Assembly: GCA_049322915.1 (NCBI GenBank)
Contig: JBMOPW010000016.1
Coordinates: 231,971-295,970, forward strand
Source of the DNA: Candidatus Zhuqueibacterota bacterium
GTDB taxonomy: Bacteria; Zhuqueibacterota; Zhuqueibacteria; Thermofontimicrobiales; Thermofontimicrobiaceae
Length of the DNA stretch: 64,000 bases
Reading direction: 5' to 3'
Below are positions 61,319 to 64,000 of this stretch, piece by piece (position 1 is the stretch's first letter; each line of letters begins with the position of its first letter). The notes under the pieces are model-generated. The model worked only from the letters and a program-made list of their open reading frames with translations, was not told the DNA's origin and searched no databases. The position numbers and the translations under genes are program-made.

Positions 61319-61545
61319 GAGGTGTGCCCTCCTGTTCGCAGTCCGTACCTCTCGCCAAAACGCAGCGACTGGCCAGATGCTAAACAGTGAAGAAGATTCG
61401 TCAAATATCGACGAACCTAATTTAATATGAGAAACTTAAAATCAAGGTTAAACGTTTTGTCTTCAAAGCCAATCGCCATTAGCTAAAAGCCAATCGCGAA
61501 TTCGGGTTTCTTGAAAGCCAAATGACGAAATGGAACGCCAGTCTG

Positions 61546-62616
61546 TCAATTCCGGATCAGATAGAGATCGGCCAGCGCATCGGCGGTCTGGTTCAGCGCC
61601 GGCTCGGCCCGATTGGTCAGAATGATGATGGAAAAATGATCATCCGGGTAGCGCTGAATAATGGTGGCAAATCCGCACGTTCCGCCGGTGTGATGCACGC
61701 GGCGGTGGCCTTTGTATTCATCGATGCGCCAGCCAAAGCCGTACTCCAGTTTCTCTCCGTTTTGCAGCGAACCAGGGGTGAAAGCCCGTTGCAGCGATTC
61801 GGATGTGACCAGTTTTTCAGTGTACAAAACCTGATCCCATTTGAAAAGGTCGACCACAGACGAGTAGATGCCTCCGTCGCCCAACACGGCGCTGGTGAGA
61901 CTTTGATCCCTGGGTACCAGGACTCCGTCCTCCGCGGCGTAGCCAAACGCGCGGTGCGGCGCTGTCGAAATTCCCGCTTCAAGGGCCACCGATTGGGTCA
62001 TGCCGGCTGGATCGAAAATGTGCTGCTTCAAATACTCGGCGAATCGCTGGCCGGAGATTTTTTCAACGATCATGGCCAGAACCGCGTAGCCGGAATTGCT
62101 GTAACGGTATTGGGCGCCCGGCGAAAAATAGGTGCTGTCCTGGGCTTTCATCATGGCGAGCACATCTCTGTCCAGCACCTGAATGGTGGCGGTGTCCGGG
62201 ATCAGGGATTCGTAATCGATGAGTCCTGAAGTATGATTCAGTATCTGCCGGATGGTGATTTGCTTGCCGTAGTCGGGAAAGTCGGGGAAAATATCGGTCA
62301 GATGCTGGTCATAGCTCAACGCGCCCTGCTCGGCCAATTGCATGATGCACATGGCGGTGAATTGTTTTGTGAAAGAGGCTAAACGGAAATTTGTCGCCGG
62401 CTCGACCGGGACATTGTCCTCAACATGGGCGAGACCAAAGCTTTTCGTCAGAATTGGCTGACCCTGCTGAATCACCATCACCGAAGCGCCGGGCGTTTTG
62501 CCGGTGTAGGGCTGAAAGAGCGTTTCAACAACAGCGAGTTTGCGCGACGAACACCCTCCGAGAAGTAACGCGAAGGCAAGCAGACACGCAAAGATTTTTT
62601 GTGGCTTCATGGACAT
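61546..62616 (-). CDS. Serine hydrolase (beta-lactamase/D-peptidase family) lipoprotein
   Basis: LGGC lipobox, ASFTK, HTSGL, YSNSGY and HTG. Confidence 0.9.
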   Translation of the reverse strand: MSMKPQKIFACLLAFALLLGGCSSRKLAVVETLFQPYTGKTPGASVMVIQQGQPILTKSFGLAHVEDNVPVEPATNFRLASFTKQFTAMCIMQLAEQGALSYDQHLTDIFPDFPDYGKQITIRQILNHTSGLIDYESLIPDTATIQVLDRDVLAMMKAQDSTYFSPGAQYRYSNSGYAVLAMIVEKISGQRFAEYLKQHIFDPAGMTQSVALEAGISTAPHRAFGYAAEDGVLVPRDQSLTSAVLGDGGIYSSVVDLFKWDQVLYTEKLVTSESLQRAFTPGSLQNGEKLEYGFGWRIDEYKGHRRVHHTGGTCGFATIIQRYPDDHFSIIILTNRAEPALNQTADALADLYLIRN

Positions 62617-62734
62617 ACGTTTCTCCCTGTGACGTTCACGAAAACATAATAATTATGAAAAGGCCTCATCCTGCGGTTTCGTTTTCCATACGATGCATTT
62701 TTAAAATGCATCGGCGCTGCGGCCCATGCGTTAG

Positions 62735-63523
62735 TTAATAAGCGCGAACCAGTCCGCCGTCCACAATCATGGTCTGGCCGGTGATGTAGCTGTTGGCCTC
62801 GGAGCACAGGAACACAGCCAGCCGGGCGATTTCCTGCGGCGTGCCATAGCGGCCTAACGGGATTTGGCTGGTGACCTGGCGAACGACATCCTCCCTGGAA
62901 ATACCTCGCGATCTGGCGTTGGCCTCATCGATCTGGTCGACGCGACTGGTGGCAATTCGGCCCGGGCCGATGACGTTCAACAAAATGCCTGATGGGCCCA
63001 GCTCCTGAGCCAATGATTTGGTGAGGCCGACAATGCCCAATCGAAACGTATTGGAAAGAATGAGGTTGTCCAGCGCGTGTTTTGTCGATGATGACGCAAT
63101 ATTGAGAATTCGGCCGGATCCATTTTTTTGCATCTCAGGGATGACATCGCGAATCGTGCGGATGTGGCTGAGCACTGTCAGTTCGAACGCGCTCAGCCAA
63201 TCGGCGTCATTGAATTTGGAAAAAGTACCGGCCGGCGGCCCGCCGCTGTTATTGACCAGCGCGTAAATTGAACCGAAGTCAGCGATGGTGCGAGCGATGG
63301 TCTTTCTGATGTCGTCGGCAAGGGTCAAGTCGCACGACGTGAACGATGGCGTATTGCCCGTGGTTTCACCAATTTCGAATGCGGCGCGCGACAGCTTTTC
63401 TTCGGAGCGGGACGCTAACATGACGCGGGCGCCTTCCCGACAGAATTCCGTGGCGATTGCTTTGCCGATGCCTTCGCTGGAGGCAAAAACAAGAACGGGT
63501 CTATTTTTCAGATACAAATCCAT
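62735..63523 (-). CDS. SDR-family oxidoreductase
   Basis: ASSEGIG, NNSGGPP, SNTFR, IPLGRYG and YITGQ..VDGG. Confidence 0.9.
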   Translation of the reverse strand: MDLYLKNRPVLVFASSEGIGKAIATEFCREGARVMLASRSEEKLSRAAFEIGETTGNTPSFTSCDLTLADDIRKTIARTIADFGSIYALVNNSGGPPAGTFSKFNDADWLSAFELTVLSHIRTIRDVIPEMQKNGSGRILNIASSSTKHALDNLILSNTFRLGIVGLTKSLAQELGPSGILLNVIGPGRIATSRVDQIDEANARSRGISREDVVRQVTSQIPLGRYGTPQEIARLAVFLCSEANSYITGQTMIVDGGLVRAY

Positions 63524-63626
63524 GGCACCTCGATTGTGTTACAGATGATGGAACCGCGCCCGGCCCGATGTTGCATTGTATCCGTCGAAAAAAACCTGCC
63601 TGTAAAACAGGAGTCTGCCTGCGGCG

Positions 63627-64000
63627 TCACTGCACTTTCAGATCCACGACCGGATTCATCAAAGGCGCGAATCCGTCGATGCGGCACTCCACGATATCGC
63701 CGTCTTGAATGTACACGGCGCCGGGCGTGCCGGTGGAAATGATGTCCCCGGGCAGCAGCGTCATCACTTTGGAGTGAAACGACACCAGAAAGTCCGGCCG
63801 GAAATTCATGTTGGACACGACATTTCGCGCATGGACATGGCCGTTGATGACGGTCGCGACATTCAGTTTCATCACATCGTCGATTTCATCCGGCGTCACC
63901 AGTACCGGCCCGAAACTGAAGAATGTGTCGAAGCTTTTCGACAGGGTCAAATAGCGCGTGTTGCGGCGGAGAATATCCTCGGCCGTCATGTCGATGATCG
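63627..64000 (-). CDS. Fumarylacetoacetate hydrolase family protein, C-terminal part (5' end outside window)
   Basis: DMTAED, KSFDTF..FGP and LLPGDIISTGTPG. Confidence 0.9.
   Translation of the reverse strand, partial: IIDMTAEDILRRNTRYLTLSKSFDTFFSFGPVLVTPDEIDDVMKLNVATVINGHVHARNVVSNMNFRPDFLVSFHSKVMTLLPGDIISTGTPGAVYIQDGDIVECRIDGFAPLMNPVVDLKVQ

Overview
This is a bacterial chromosomal window with moderate GC content and about 45 protein-coding genes. Two secreted proteins end in a 'QNxPNPFN...WDG...SGxYxY...RKMxxL' FlgD-Ig/T9SS-type tail, and GWxTD and AgmX-type genes are present. This points to an FCB-related lineage such as KSB1 or Calditrichota (inference). A central core block (rplM-rpsI-t44 leader-rpsB-tsf-pyrH-frr, nitroreductase, sfsA, a two-component pair, smc, GWxTD) is flanked by accessory catabolic genes. 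These include peptidases (M23, C1A, S9A), two GxGYxYP paralogues next to phospholipid/glycerophosphate genes, glycosidases (GH151-, GH172-, GH127- and GH38-like), an AttEFGH-like ABC/lipocalin system and a glgC-IMPase-oxidoreductase-GH38 cluster. I saw no tRNA, rRNA, CRISPR array, transposase or phage gene, but intergenic DNA is rich in miniature inverted-repeat elements. The best candidates for something new are four. (1) A tight operon of a lipocalin-like/GxGYxYP fusion, a CDP-alcohol phosphotransferase, a HAD phosphatase and a large beta-propeller. (2) A ~138-bp MITE with a REP-like core whose two inverted copies bracket a secreted cysteine protease. (3) A nested set of inverted repeats at 19.2-19.6 kb. 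(4) An EF-Ts with an exact internal 10-aa duplication. All calls come from reading motifs by eye; no database search was run.
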